DNA of 64,000 bases from a virus. Below the pieces are notes generated by a model. The model had not been told where the DNA came from. It saw only the letters and a list, made by a program, of their open reading frames with translations, and made no database searches. Below are positions 40,077-51,044 of the stretch, in pieces. Location of the stretch: IMG/VR virus record IMGVR_UViG_3300031656_000001; one strand, 5' to 3'. The translations under genes and the position numbers were made by a program. How positions within the stretch are numbered: the first letter of the stretch is position 1; every line of letters begins with the position of its first letter.

Positions 40077-40334
40077 TTATATTGTTTTTGGTTCTGTTAC
40101 TAATTCTAAAATATCGTCATTTACTTTATCAAACTCGTATTTACCTTTGATAAATTCGTTAAGGGCTTTACCCTGAGAATCAGCTGAATTGAATTTTTCA
40201 AAATCAACGGCTTCTACTTCTTTATAAAGATATGAAGCATGGTTGAAATGAACCATTAAAGTTTTGTGTTTGTAGCTGTATGATGCTGACGTAAGAGTAG
40301 AGCTATCATATTGAGATGTAGTTGATGTTATCAT
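40077..40334 (-). CDS. KTSC-domain protein
   Basis: DSS.L...Y....LMVHF....Y.Y..V......F..A.S.GK..N..IKGKY. Confidence 0.8.
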   Translation of the reverse strand: MITSTTSQYDSSTLTSASYSYKHKTLMVHFNHASYLYKEVEAVDFEKFNSADSQGKALNEFIKGKYEFDKVNDDILELVTEPKTI

Positions 40335-40383
40335 ATGTTGTGTATTTAAACATTATACAATAACATCTTATTTTGTTTCAAGT

Positions 40384-43300
40384 TTATGAATTTCCACCAC
40401 CAAAGCCATTTTCTTTTAGAGCATCTATTGATGATTGATCTAACGTCACTGTCATTTTTGATGGCATTTTAGCAGGTTCTGCGGCAGCTGTGTTTTTATC
40501 TTTGAGTGGATTCATTGCTGCACCAACTGATGATACTGCATCTTTAATACCTTCGAATGCTGAATTACTAGATGTATTACCTTCTTCTACACTGCCTTTA
40601 AATTCTTGTAACATGTCTGCTAATCGTTGCATTGCTGATTCTAATGATTCACCCATTGCTGATAGAATATCTCCTGGAGAACCGCCTTCAGATAGAACTG
40701 CTAATGCTTCAAACATCTTTCTACTCTCTGTTAATTTAGTAAGATCCAATGAATTAATAGCTCCTTGAATTTTAGGGAAGTTTTCTCCAGCCTTTCCATA
40801 AGTAGCTGCTAATGCATGTTGCATTTTCATTTGATTATAATAACCAACAGATGCATCTCCTGCGTCAACTCTACCAAATAATAAATTAGAGAATATGTCA
40901 CCTGTTTCAGAATCCATTTTAGCATTTGCTATTGCAGGAATGGCGTTGCTCATTTTAGCGTATGTGTCACCTACTGCGATTGCAAGTTTCGTAGCATTAA
41001 ATAAAGTATTAGCATCTGATGTTTCACCTACTGTTGTAAAACCTGCAACTAAATTTTGTAAATCATTTTTAATTTTCGTACTGTCTATATCTTTGAATGC
41101 TACTAATTCTTTAACAACAGAACTTAATTTTTTATAAGGTTCTGATATTAAACTGATTACTTCAATACCCTTTTCAAATGCAGTGGTTCCTTGCCACCAA
41201 CTTGATGTTTTAGATTTACCACCACCAATTGCCGTAAATGTATCGGTAAGCGCTTCTATTAATAATTGAGTATTAGTACCTATTTTCTTTTTTAAAGCAC
41301 CTGGTTTCATGTCACTTAGACTTGTCCATCCAGTTGCTTTACCATCAGCGTCGTATCCATCTGCAAATTTCATATCTGCCATATTTTGAACACCTTCTGC
41401 TAAATTCTTAAGCGGTAATCCTAATGCGTTAACTACTTTGGTTCCTTTTTCAAATGAGGTGGATCCTTGCCACCATTTAGAAGTTTTACCGGCGCCGATT
41501 TCAGCGAAGGTTCCACTCAGTGCTGTTACTATTAATTTAGTATTATCTGCAACTCTTTGTGCGTTTGCTGAAAGATTTGAAATTTTAGCATATTTTGTTG
41601 GTTTTCCTTCTTTATCCCATGCTATTGGGAAATTAAGATTTGCCATTGCTTGGAATCCTAAAGCTACGCCAGTAAGCGCTCCTCCCATTCCCATCACAGC
41701 TGAAATACCATCAGCTACTGGAGATGGTGTTCCACCTCCAAATACAGATTCCCATAGTGATTTTTTACCACCTGGAAATTCTGTTCCTATATCTCCAAAT
41801 ACTTTTGCTAAAACACGAGTGATCATAGCTGCGTTTGCAGCAACTCGTACTGGTGCGTCTGAATCCATTGATTCATATTTAGTAGGTTTACCGTCTTTAT
41901 CGTATTCTACTGGGAATCTAAGATTGGCCATGTTTTGCATACCAACTGCTATATTGGTAAGAGCTGCGCCCATTCCCATTACAGCTTTAATACCATCAGC
42001 TACTGGATTACTACCGAATAAGAATCCTCCTTTGTGTTTATTACCTATTCTTGCAAATGTCTCTGATAATATACTTGTCATGAACATTACATTCACTGCT
42101 AATACATTAGTATCTATGCCTTCTGATAATTTTTGAAATTCGACTAAACCAATTGCTATAGAATTTAAAGCCTTTCCAACTAATATCATAGCTGCAGACC
42201 CTGCAATTACTAATGGAATTGTAAATGGATTAAGAGCAAATGAATCTCTCATAGATTCTATCATAACTTCTAAATATGTCTTTGGTCTTCCACCACCAAT
42301 TCCCATAAAGCCTTCTGTTTCTTGTCCTGAAGGTGCAAATAAACCTGTACCTGTGAATAATTTTTTGAAATTAATAGATGCTAATGGAGTGATTCCTTTT
42401 CCAATAGCAAACAATGCACCACCGGCGATTGCCATTGCTGCTGAACCTGCTATTATAAATGGAGAAGCTAAACCGGCACCTGCCATGGCAAGACCTACTC
42501 CAACAACTATTGCACCCATCATACCAACATGTTCCCATGTTAAATCTTTAATTGCTGCACCGAAAACCGATACACCTAACCCTATTGGTAGTAAAGCAAG
42601 TCCGGCTACTGCCATTGCTGCTGAACCTAATACAATTGCTAGTGGTATTGGACCTATTCCTGCTACTCCAAATGCTACTGCTAAGCCACCTATAATTGCA
42701 CCCATCATACCGATGTGTTTCCATTCTAAGTCTTTAACTGCCCAGCCCATTACTGCCACACCAATTCCTATTGCTATTAACGATATTGCTGCAAAGCCCA
42801 TTGCTATTGCACCTTTTTTAATTTGTTTGTGTGCTAAACCTGCAACTGCCATTACTATTCCTATACCTGCAATAACTGCAAGTACTTTATACGATGTTAA
42901 AACATCATCTCCTGTCATATTACCTAAAACCATTTGCATGATCCAAATAGCTACAGAAAGTGCAACGATTGCTCCGGCTGCAAATATAAGAGCCTTAGCT
43001 CCTTTTCTAATTTGTTTACCAGCTAATCCAATAACACCGAATACTACTGCTATACCTGCCACAATTAACATGACTTTCGCTACTTCTTCAAAACCAATAC
43101 TTCCTAATATAAGGTGAGATAATACTAATGCTATAGATACTGACAATATTGCTCCTGCAGCAAATATAAGTGCTAAGCCTGTTTTTTTCATTGATTTATC
43201 AACTTGCATCTTATCTAATAACCAGAACATTGCACCGATTGTTAATACAACCATCACTGCTGTTCCTAATCCTGCTAAAACATAAGATCCAATAAATCCT

Positions 43301-44070
43301 ATCAACACAAGTGTTAAACTAAGTCCTAATAAACCAAGTGCTAGTGATTTTAATGCATTTCCAAGTTTTTTGATACCCTTTGGATCTAGTCCCATTTTAT
43401 CTAGTACCATTAACATCAATCCGAATCCTAGTAATATTGCACCTGCTACTAATAATCCCTTTAATGCATAAGGTGCTAATAACGCAACTAATACTAAACT
43501 CACTGATAGTATCATTAAAGCTTTACCTACATCACCAAGTGCTGCAATGTTTTTTAATCCTTTCTTAGTTAATTTCTTAGTAGCCCACATTAGACCGTCT
43601 ACCATTAATTTAATTAGTGGTACTGTTACTATCATTGCGAGTCCTGCAAGAATTAATAGCGGTAATGCTAATATCATTAATCCTGCAAACTTTAATATTG
43701 ACCAACCTACATCACCAAGTGATAGAAGACCGTTAGTCAGCGCTTCCATTTTTATTTTAAGTTCTTCACCGTCTGGTGCACGATTCAATGAATCTACAAT
43801 TATACCTAAACCAAGTCCAATAGGTTCTAATGCACCTGAAGTAATTCTAAGTACTAATGCTTCTTTAATAGAAAGTTTGCTGCTTCCACCTGAGGCCTTG
43901 CCGCCCTTTAGCGCTTTGACAAGTTCATCAATTTTTTTGTACAGGTCACCACCTACAGAAACCGATGTTGCTGTTTTCTGGGTATTAACTGTTATCTGTT
44001 CTAAGAATTTATTACCTGAACCCATTCTTTCGAATGCGCTGGCTAAAAATGGTGGTATTAGTGCTGCCAA
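40384..44070 (-). CDS. tape measure / baseplate hub protein
   Basis: 1228 aa, long Ala/Gly/Leu hydrophobic repeats, follows the tail tube and chaperone genes. Confidence 0.75.
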   Translation of the reverse strand: MAALIPPFLASAFERMGSGNKFLEQITVNTQKTATSVSVGGDLYKKIDELVKALKGGKASGGSSKLSIKEALVLRITSGALEPIGLGLGIIVDSLNRAPDGEELKIKMEALTNGLLSLGDVGWSILKFAGLMILALPLLILAGLAMIVTVPLIKLMVDGLMWATKKLTKKGLKNIAALGDVGKALMILSVSLVLVALLAPYALKGLLVAGAILLGFGLMLMVLDKMGLDPKGIKKLGNALKSLALGLLGLSLTLVLIGFIGSYVLAGLGTAVMVVLTIGAMFWLLDKMQVDKSMKKTGLALIFAAGAILSVSIALVLSHLILGSIGFEEVAKVMLIVAGIAVVFGVIGLAGKQIRKGAKALIFAAGAIVALSVAIWIMQMVLGNMTGDDVLTSYKVLAVIAGIGIVMAVAGLAHKQIKKGAIAMGFAAISLIAIGIGVAVMGWAVKDLEWKHIGMMGAIIGGLAVAFGVAGIGPIPLAIVLGSAAMAVAGLALLPIGLGVSVFGAAIKDLTWEHVGMMGAIVVGVGLAMAGAGLASPFIIAGSAAMAIAGGALFAIGKGITPLASINFKKLFTGTGLFAPSGQETEGFMGIGGGRPKTYLEVMIESMRDSFALNPFTIPLVIAGSAAMILVGKALNSIAIGLVEFQKLSEGIDTNVLAVNVMFMTSILSETFARIGNKHKGGFLFGSNPVADGIKAVMGMGAALTNIAVGMQNMANLRFPVEYDKDGKPTKYESMDSDAPVRVAANAAMITRVLAKVFGDIGTEFPGGKKSLWESVFGGGTPSPVADGISAVMGMGGALTGVALGFQAMANLNFPIAWDKEGKPTKYAKISNLSANAQRVADNTKLIVTALSGTFAEIGAGKTSKWWQGSTSFEKGTKVVNALGLPLKNLAEGVQNMADMKFADGYDADGKATGWTSLSDMKPGALKKKIGTNTQLLIEALTDTFTAIGGGKSKTSSWWQGTTAFEKGIEVISLISEPYKKLSSVVKELVAFKDIDSTKIKNDLQNLVAGFTTVGETSDANTLFNATKLAIAVGDTYAKMSNAIPAIANAKMDSETGDIFSNLLFGRVDAGDASVGYYNQMKMQHALAATYGKAGENFPKIQGAINSLDLTKLTESRKMFEALAVLSEGGSPGDILSAMGESLESAMQRLADMLQEFKGSVEEGNTSSNSAFEGIKDAVSSVGAAMNPLKDKNTAAAEPAKMPSKMTVTLDQSSIDALKENGFGGGNS

Positions 44071-44145
44071 TTTATGTGTATATCTTTTTTAGTATAAAAC
44101 AAACGCTACTAATGTAGCGTTTGTCTATGTACTCTTTATATATCT

Positions 44146-44431
44146 TTAGAATTTGGGCATCTTCATTGAAGGTGCACTCATCTGTGGGATCTTAGGCATC
44201 GAAGGCGTTTTGTACTTAGAGCTCATATCGCTCTGTTGCTGCGCCGACTGTTCTTCCTGATCCTTGTTCTGATTATTCTTCTCTTTAATGTATTCCGAAA
44301 GATTCTTTAAATAATACCAAAACTCGTAGTAGTACATATTTTCGATCTCTGACGGTTGCATTCTGAGATGTATACCCAGATAGAACTTAGTCTTAAAGTA
44401 ATTCTCCAGCGAGATCTGAAATAATGAAAAG
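44146..44431 (-). CDS. tail/baseplate chaperone C-terminal frame (gp51-like), probably frameshift-accessed
   Basis: SLENYFKT...SEIENM..E lies partly upstream of the first usable ATG (44361); +1 frame relative to 44393-45397. Confidence 0.55.
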
Positions 44432-45397
44432 ACTTTTGATGCCACCTGGGAAGTCAAGAGGGGCTTTCGCGATCTCCCCATCGAATTCCATTTCAAGTGT
44501 TGTTTCAACTCCAATTTTCATTTTTTCTGCTAGTCTATAGATAACCATGAATTTCTTTTCGTTCCATGCTTTATAGTCAACTTCTAAATTGAAAATTCTA
44601 GGTAAATTAAGTTGTCTCCAATCTGGCGTGATATACGGTAATATTTGTATAAATGCTTTATCGAATTCTATTTCTTTTTCCTGCCTGTCTTTTAAATACT
44701 TAGTTATTTCTTGCATTACACCAATTGAAGGTGGACGCATCATAACTTCACCAGCTGATCTAGTTTTAATAACATATGTTCTGTCTTTAGAACTATAGTA
44801 AGCTTCTATTTCAGTAGGGACTACTGTGGCAACTAAATATTTAGTTGCTAGTTCGATATCTACTGTTTTTTTAGTGTGTTCAGTTTTACCTTTAAGAATT
44901 AATTTATTCTCTGGTTCTGGAAAGGTAAGATCTCTAATAGTCAATAGAATTACAATTCTATCTTCTTCTAAAATATCCTTGTAAGATAATCTCTTATCGT
45001 TTGCAGTGATCTGAGTACACATCTCCACGATGTGATTCAATTTCTCTTCCATATCAATGTAGTTGTTCTCATCCATTGTAGAAAAGTGTCTAATTTCAGC
45101 AGCTCTCGCAGATCTGATTTTAATCACAGTATCACGTGGATAGAATTTACCCTTTGATGGCAGAGTTTCTTGATCAAGATTCATCCATCCTAAAAACTGG
45201 TCTGCAGACTTTTCAGGTCTTGCTTGTCCAAAGTTATCCATGTTGACTTTACCTAATCCATTAGAGTCTACTGTCTCTAGCATTTCTGCTGCGACCGTTT
45301 CAGTTGCTTGACTGTCAGTTGCCTTTGAGTTAATTTGATCTTTGGCTTCTAACATCGCTTTTGCAGCTTCTTCGTTTTTGTTTACTTTTTCGTTCAT
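44393..45397 (-). CDS. baseplate hub / tail assembly chaperone (gp26-like)
   Basis: LPSKGKFY, DRIVILLTIRDLT, MRPPSIG; lies between tube and tape measure. Confidence 0.65.
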   Translation of the reverse strand: MNEKVNKNEEAAKAMLEAKDQINSKATDSQATETVAAEMLETVDSNGLGKVNMDNFGQARPEKSADQFLGWMNLDQETLPSKGKFYPRDTVIKIRSARAAEIRHFSTMDENNYIDMEEKLNHIVEMCTQITANDKRLSYKDILEEDRIVILLTIRDLTFPEPENKLILKGKTEHTKKTVDIELATKYLVATVVPTEIEAYYSSKDRTYVIKTRSAGEVMMRPPSIGVMQEITKYLKDRQEKEIEFDKAFIQILPYITPDWRQLNLPRIFNLEVDYKAWNEKKFMVIYRLAEKMKIGVETTLEMEFDGEIAKAPLDFPGGIKSLFIISDLAGELL

Positions 45398-45704
45398 GTT
45401 ATTATTTATTTAGATTTTTTAGCTTATTTTTAATAAAAGACTTCTGTTCGACGGCTTTGATACTTAATTCTCTTTTTATTAAATCTCGTATCCATGCGCT
45501 AACAGAAACTGGCCGGTTTTCAGTCTCCAACGCATCATTTAAAATACATCGATTAACTGCGGCCACTTCAATCTCGCTAAGAAGAACTTGAAGCTTTTTT
45601 GTTAATTTGTGGTTATTCATAATATTTTGGTATGTTAATAATATATTATATTTATTTTACAAAAAATAAGAAGGTTTCTTGCGAAGCCTTCTTATTAAGT
45701 TTAA

Positions 45705-46262
45705 TTAGTTTACTTCTTCTGCATATACATCAGATCTCCATGTGATATCTAATGTTTGTACATCTCCTGATGAATAATCAAGTGAATCTGTAAATGAAAG
45801 TCCTGAAATAATGAAACAGTCATCTAAAGTGATTTTTCTGAAAATATCACCTTCTCTGTTAAATTGAACTATTACAATTGTTCCTACATAATTCTTCTTC
45901 AAGCCCATTTCACCAGTTTCTGGATTATATTGTGCTCTGTACCATTGACGTAATGTTTTATATAAGTACGCTTGGTTAGAATCATTTAAGTTCAATGAAA
46001 AGTTAATAGCTACATCTATCGAAGTATCATCTACTGTACCAGCGAATGATCTAGTAGCTTGTTTATACTTTTGAGTGATAGGTGAAATATCTTTATGCAA
46101 TGCTGCTAATCCTCCAATAGTATTAACATGTTGCAATAATAGTTCTTGTCCAGCAACACCGTCTGGAGGTAAAATAGTTACCTCAAAAAGGTTAGCTTGT
46201 ACAGGTTCGAAGTTCTTCCCTTTCTTTTGTGTTTGATCTTCTGAATAGTGTGGTAATGCCAT
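45705..46262 (-). CDS. tail tube protein (gp19-like)
   Basis: follows the sheath; NLFEV, LRQWY...YNPETG, LDYSSGDV..LDITW. Confidence 0.8.
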   Translation of the reverse strand: MALPHYSEDQTQKKGKNFEPVQANLFEVTILPPDGVAGQELLLQHVNTIGGLAALHKDISPITQKYKQATRSFAGTVDDTSIDVAINFSLNLNDSNQAYLYKTLRQWYRAQYNPETGEMGLKKNYVGTIVIVQFNREGDIFRKITLDDCFIISGLSFTDSLDYSSGDVQTLDITWRSDVYAEEVN

Positions 46263-46280
46263 AATTTGTATGTGTTTATT

Positions 46281-46289
46281 TTATATATC
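46281..46289 (-). promoter_or_regulatory. late-type promoter motif GATATATAA (representative of about 15 copies)
   Basis: found shortly upstream of nearly every structural gene. Confidence 0.7.
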
Positions 46290-46297
46290 TTATTTTG

Positions 46298-49150
46298 TTA
46301 TGCAAAGTTCCCAGTTGCTATTTCTCCTGTATTCAAGATAGTTACTCTCGATACTAAGATTTCAAGACCTTTAACTGGCTCAACAAAAGTATCTAAAATA
46401 CCCATGTTGTGATCAATTACATCGTTAGTGTTGTTAGATCCATCCATGATGTTTCTATAATCGTATACACCTCCGTCTTTCTTAACTGATTCCATAAATG
46501 AATCTGCTAAAGTCTTAATCTCTAATCTAGTTTGAGCGTTATTGAACTCGAATAAATAGTTTTTCAAGATTTCTGCTAAACCATCTTCAATATAGATCAT
46601 CGCTTCTCTTACGTGAGCAGAAGATAATGCTGATTGAATTGATTGTTGTGCAGTTTTATTACCTTTAATAGTTAAACCAACTCCTCTTTCGAATACGATT
46701 GGGTTAATACCAAATGGCTCTAAGTTATCTCTATCATTTTTATCAAATGCAAATTCTAAACCTTGTACACCTGTACCTCCTACAACACCTCTTCTTGGTC
46801 CTGCAATAATAGACCATGGTAATGCGTCTAAATATTTGTCGATATAGTTGTTAGATACGTATGCTGCTGGTGGAATTACTTTAGTTCTACCGTTTTCTGA
46901 GATATTAAGTCCTGGTGAATAGTAGAAACCGAAGTTTGCACCTTCATTAAGACTTGGTAATGTATAGATTGCAGTAGGGTTAAGTTCTAAGTTTCCACCT
47001 GTTGCTACTAATCTTGTATCAAATGCTCCTAAAGAATTTTTGAAAGAAGGATTAGTTGCTGCTTTAAATTCTTTCACCATAGGTGCATTAAGAATTGCAG
47101 AAGCATTTTGTCTTTCTTTACATAATTGAGTAATTTCTTCTTTATTAAGAATAGTACCTGATTCTAAAGAACCAAATGTATCAACTACATATCTGAATGT
47201 TATTGCATCTTTGTCTATTAACGTATTAGATAAACCATTACCTGGTTTCAATTGAGTTAATAATTGAGAAATTGACTTTGGCTGTTGAGTTGCCGCCGCT
47301 AATGGGAACATTGTATAAGTTGTTGTACTTTCCTCATATCTCTTAAGTGTATATGCTGGTCTTTCAACAAGTTGTCTATGACATTGGAATTCATAAATAT
47401 TAGAAAGTGTATCGTCTGATACTGTCTTAATAATTCTTTTAATTCTAGCCAATTTACCGTCTTTTGCTGGTACATACATTCCTACTTTAACTGTCTTCCA
47501 ATCAAATGTATCATTTGCTACTAGAGAAGATAATTTAAATATTGGTGATCCAGATTCATGTATGAAACCATAACCGCTTAATTGTGTAGGTAATATTACT
47601 GCTCTAGTATTTGGTGCAATTGTAGTAAATTCAAAACTTGTACTAGCTGTTCTTGCTTTTGCTGTAATTGATGTTGCTATTGGTGCTGCGTATGTTGAAC
47701 TAAATGATCCTCCACCTGCGGCTACAATTCTTATAACGTTTCCGTTAGGTGACGAGTATTCTTCGTCTAATGTTGCGATAGCTATATAATCTACACCGTT
47801 TGATGCTAATAAGAAGTTACCTTGTACAACACCGTTTGCTGCGATTAATGCACCTGCGTTAATTCCGTTACCTGCAGGGCTTGCAATATGTATTTCTCCG
47901 TCAACAACAGTTACTGCTCCTGAATTAAAAGTACCTGCAGTAAGATCTGCAAATTCTTCATATACATTTGGTTTAATATTTGCTTCTGTTGTAATTCTAA
48001 CATCTCCTGCATCTTGAGCAATTGAAGAAATCTTTGTAAATTCTCCTGCAACTGCTGCTCTTAAATATCCGTTGTCACTAATACCTGCTGTTAGTAAATC
48101 ACCAATTGTTGCAGTTTTTAAAACTACTTCATTTGCAGAAACTTCTGTTATTTTATCAGTTGGAATAGCATTAGGTGTTGCATCTTGTTCAACTCTATGT
48201 GATAATACCTTGTAATCTTGATAGATGTTAAAGTCATTACCAACGAAATCGATAGAACCTAAAGCTTCTTCATTGATTGCACAGAATAAACCTGTTCTTC
48301 TTGCTTCCAAGTTAATTAAAGTCTCAATGTATAATTGACGACCTTCTTGATCTTGAAATTCAGGAATAACTGATCCAGAATATTGTGCTACTAAACTAAC
48401 TTCTCTCAAAGCTGTAAAGCTAGCTAATTTAGATCTTTCTAAACCTTTTTCAGTAAAGAATGCACCGTATGTAGGGTCATTTTGTAATATAGAAGCATCG
48501 AAAGATCCTTTAAATACAAATACGTCTACCATGTAATCAGATACGTAATCTAAATCTTCAATACCTTCTGGTACGTTTCCTTCACCATACCATTCTCTTG
48601 CTGTCATTTCAAAACCTGCAGTATTAGCAGCTTGTCTTATGATAACTGTAATAGGTTCTTGTTTGATGTTCGCGAATGAAATTGCGTTGTCTGAAGTTGC
48701 AGAAATATTATTTGCTGCTGTTAATGTTTTTATATCAGATGGTACCCAAAATTTATCTGTATCAAACACTGTACTGTATTGAACCGATGCCGTTGTAGCT
48801 GCTAATCCTTCTTGTGAAGAGTTAGTTGCTGGCGATACCAATGCAATTCTGTCTGCTGCGTCTTTTACTGTTAAATTTAAAGCCAAGATCGGTCCTCTTG
48901 AAAGAGTTTCGATACATGATCTGTGGAAATACATACCTTTCTTTTCTAAAGATTTGTCGATACCACCGAATACTTGAGTGAATTGCTCAATATTTTCAAT
49001 AAATACCGGAGTGTTATAAGGTCCTTTTTTAGAGGATCCTACAACTAATCTAATAGTTTCTGCTGGAATGTTTACCGTTTGTGATTTGTCAAACTCTAAG
49101 CGATATACGCCTGAGCTCTTGAACTGTAGTAATTGAGGACTTAGTGCCAT
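46298..49150 (-). CDS. tail sheath protein (gp18-like)
   Basis: SSGVYRLEFD, GSSKKGP.NTPV..., AGPRRG, DRDNL...INPI, KTAQ, LFEFN. Confidence 0.92.
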   Translation of the reverse strand: MALSPQLLQFKSSGVYRLEFDKSQTVNIPAETIRLVVGSSKKGPYNTPVFIENIEQFTQVFGGIDKSLEKKGMYFHRSCIETLSRGPILALNLTVKDAADRIALVSPATNSSQEGLAATTASVQYSTVFDTDKFWVPSDIKTLTAANNISATSDNAISFANIKQEPITVIIRQAANTAGFEMTAREWYGEGNVPEGIEDLDYVSDYMVDVFVFKGSFDASILQNDPTYGAFFTEKGLERSKLASFTALREVSLVAQYSGSVIPEFQDQEGRQLYIETLINLEARRTGLFCAINEEALGSIDFVGNDFNIYQDYKVLSHRVEQDATPNAIPTDKITEVSANEVVLKTATIGDLLTAGISDNGYLRAAVAGEFTKISSIAQDAGDVRITTEANIKPNVYEEFADLTAGTFNSGAVTVVDGEIHIASPAGNGINAGALIAANGVVQGNFLLASNGVDYIAIATLDEEYSSPNGNVIRIVAAGGGSFSSTYAAPIATSITAKARTASTSFEFTTIAPNTRAVILPTQLSGYGFIHESGSPIFKLSSLVANDTFDWKTVKVGMYVPAKDGKLARIKRIIKTVSDDTLSNIYEFQCHRQLVERPAYTLKRYEESTTTYTMFPLAAATQQPKSISQLLTQLKPGNGLSNTLIDKDAITFRYVVDTFGSLESGTILNKEEITQLCKERQNASAILNAPMVKEFKAATNPSFKNSLGAFDTRLVATGGNLELNPTAIYTLPSLNEGANFGFYYSPGLNISENGRTKVIPPAAYVSNNYIDKYLDALPWSIIAGPRRGVVGGTGVQGLEFAFDKNDRDNLEPFGINPIVFERGVGLTIKGNKTAQQSIQSALSSAHVREAMIYIEDGLAEILKNYLFEFNNAQTRLEIKTLADSFMESVKKDGGVYDYRNIMDGSNNTNDVIDHNMGILDTFVEPVKGLEILVSRVTILNTGEIATGNFA

Positions 49151-49210
49151 AATTTTTCTATTTTTGTTTTTTTACTTTTATTATATATCTACTCTTATTT
49201 CGAAATTTAT

Positions 49211-51043
49211 TTAGATCAGGTCATATATGTCATATTGTAAATCTCCATCGGATTTATTATCTTTATATAATACCATCTCCATCTTATCGTGAATGTCTGG
49301 ATCTATAAAATCTAGAAGTTCTTCTACACAATCTGCATAATCAGTTGTGTTAAAAAACTCAGTAGAACTTATAACTGTCATGACTGCATCGTCATTTCCC
49401 ATTTGAGCTCCATACCCGCCTCTTGGTAAACCACCAAAAAGACTTGCTTCGTTTATAGTCGTTTCATCTGTTATATTTATCCTATTTATTTTATACAGTT
49501 TTGAAAAATTCTGACAAAATATAGCTTTATTATCTGATTTAATTTTAAGTCCATGTTTTAAAGTCTTAGAATCATGTCTATGTCTAAACTTAACTACCAT
49601 ATCATCATCAAAATCATTTCTTTGCGGGAATACAGATCTTAAGTATTGGAATAATATAGACCCATATGTGTTGTATTCTACGATCATCTTAACATTCTCA
49701 TTATAAAAGATATCACATGCTAAGATATAAAGTACTTTAGCAAAATCTTCAATGACATGTTCGTTGGACCTGAATATCCCTATCTGATTTAATTTAAAGA
49801 AATCATACATTGCACCTGGATTCAATTGTGCTTCTATTTCACCAACAGACATCGGTATTAATTCAAATATATTAATAACTGAATGATCTCCTCCGTTTCC
49901 TTCTGCAATATCTACAGAAAATACCCAGAATTTATCTTTATCTTGTACTGTTTCTATGTCGAATGTTGGATCAAATAATAAAAAACCATTTGTATCTATT
50001 CCTGTGTCATCAAATATTTCAAAATCATGGTGTACATATTTCTGTACTCGCTTTCGCATTTTCTTTAAATCAATAGGATCTAATAATAGATTAGAAGATG
50101 AAACGAATTCATTTCCGTACTGTCTATTAAATGCTTCTATAGAACCTAAATTTCCAAGTTCTCTTTCATACCATGCATCATCTCTGTCTGGATGTTCCCA
50201 CCAGTCAATTCGCATTGGCTTATATTCGTTTTCGCCTCTATCTGCTGCCGCATATATTTGATAGAATTTATTAAATCCATTAGGCGTTGATGTTATTGTA
50301 ATACGAGATACCTTAGATGCTGATAACGTTGGATAAACATTCTCATAGAACGCATCCACAATCGTTGGGTGAATATGTGCAAACTCATCAAGATATAGAT
50401 TATGAATTGTAAAACCAATACCTGCTTTCGCTGTGGTAGCTTGTCCTACTAATCTACAACCATTATCACACTTAACATTCATTACATCATATTTAACGAT
50501 ACCTGGTTTCATAAAGAATGGAACGTTCTCAACTACAACTTTCGCCTTATCTATAATTTCTTTTGTTGAATCTGATTTATTGGCAAGTAGTAATGTGTTC
50601 TTATCTGTATTGAATATTAAGTACCATGCATTAAATATAGATGCGGTAACTGTTTTACCCATCTGACGTGATGCTAATACAATATTGAATCTTTCTTCTT
50701 GAAAGTTTCTCAACATTGTCTTTTGATATTCTCTAAGCTTTACTTGTTGAATACCATTATCAGTCATTACAACTGCGTATGTTTCTGCAAAATGGACAAT
50801 GTCAGTAGCACACTTTGCTAACTCACTTATTTCTTCATCAGTATATTCAAATACTAGATTACCTTTTTTTAGGAATGTTTTACCCTCATAAAATGGCATA
50901 GCAACTTTAGGTCTAAAACCTTGATCCATTGCAACCATAAGATCGTCAACTTGTTTAGTAGACCAAACAATTTTGCCTGAATCTACATCGCTCTCGTCCT
51001 TTGGTATCCATTTATTATCACCGACGTATGAATCGTTTGCCAT
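49211..51043 (-). CDS. terL: terminase large subunit (gp17-like)
   Basis: ASRQMGKT Walker A, LYLDEFAH Walker B, TSTPNG, SVDIAEG, NDDAVM. Confidence 0.97.
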   Translation of the reverse strand: MANDSYVGDNKWIPKDESDVDSGKIVWSTKQVDDLMVAMDQGFRPKVAMPFYEGKTFLKKGNLVFEYTDEEISELAKCATDIVHFAETYAVVMTDNGIQQVKLREYQKTMLRNFQEERFNIVLASRQMGKTVTASIFNAWYLIFNTDKNTLLLANKSDSTKEIIDKAKVVVENVPFFMKPGIVKYDVMNVKCDNGCRLVGQATTAKAGIGFTIHNLYLDEFAHIHPTIVDAFYENVYPTLSASKVSRITITSTPNGFNKFYQIYAAADRGENEYKPMRIDWWEHPDRDDAWYERELGNLGSIEAFNRQYGNEFVSSSNLLLDPIDLKKMRKRVQKYVHHDFEIFDDTGIDTNGFLLFDPTFDIETVQDKDKFWVFSVDIAEGNGGDHSVINIFELIPMSVGEIEAQLNPGAMYDFFKLNQIGIFRSNEHVIEDFAKVLYILACDIFYNENVKMIVEYNTYGSILFQYLRSVFPQRNDFDDDMVVKFRHRHDSKTLKHGLKIKSDNKAIFCQNFSKLYKINRINITDETTINEASLFGGLPRGGYGAQMGNDDAVMTVISSTEFFNTTDYADCVEELLDFIDPDIHDKMEMVLYKDNKSDGDLQYDIYDLI

Positions 51044-51044
51044 T

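Noticed and set aside
49211-51043. Intein or intron in the terminase or other core genes
   Set aside because: Lengths and motif spacing are normal, with no splice-junction or LAGLIDADG motifs seen
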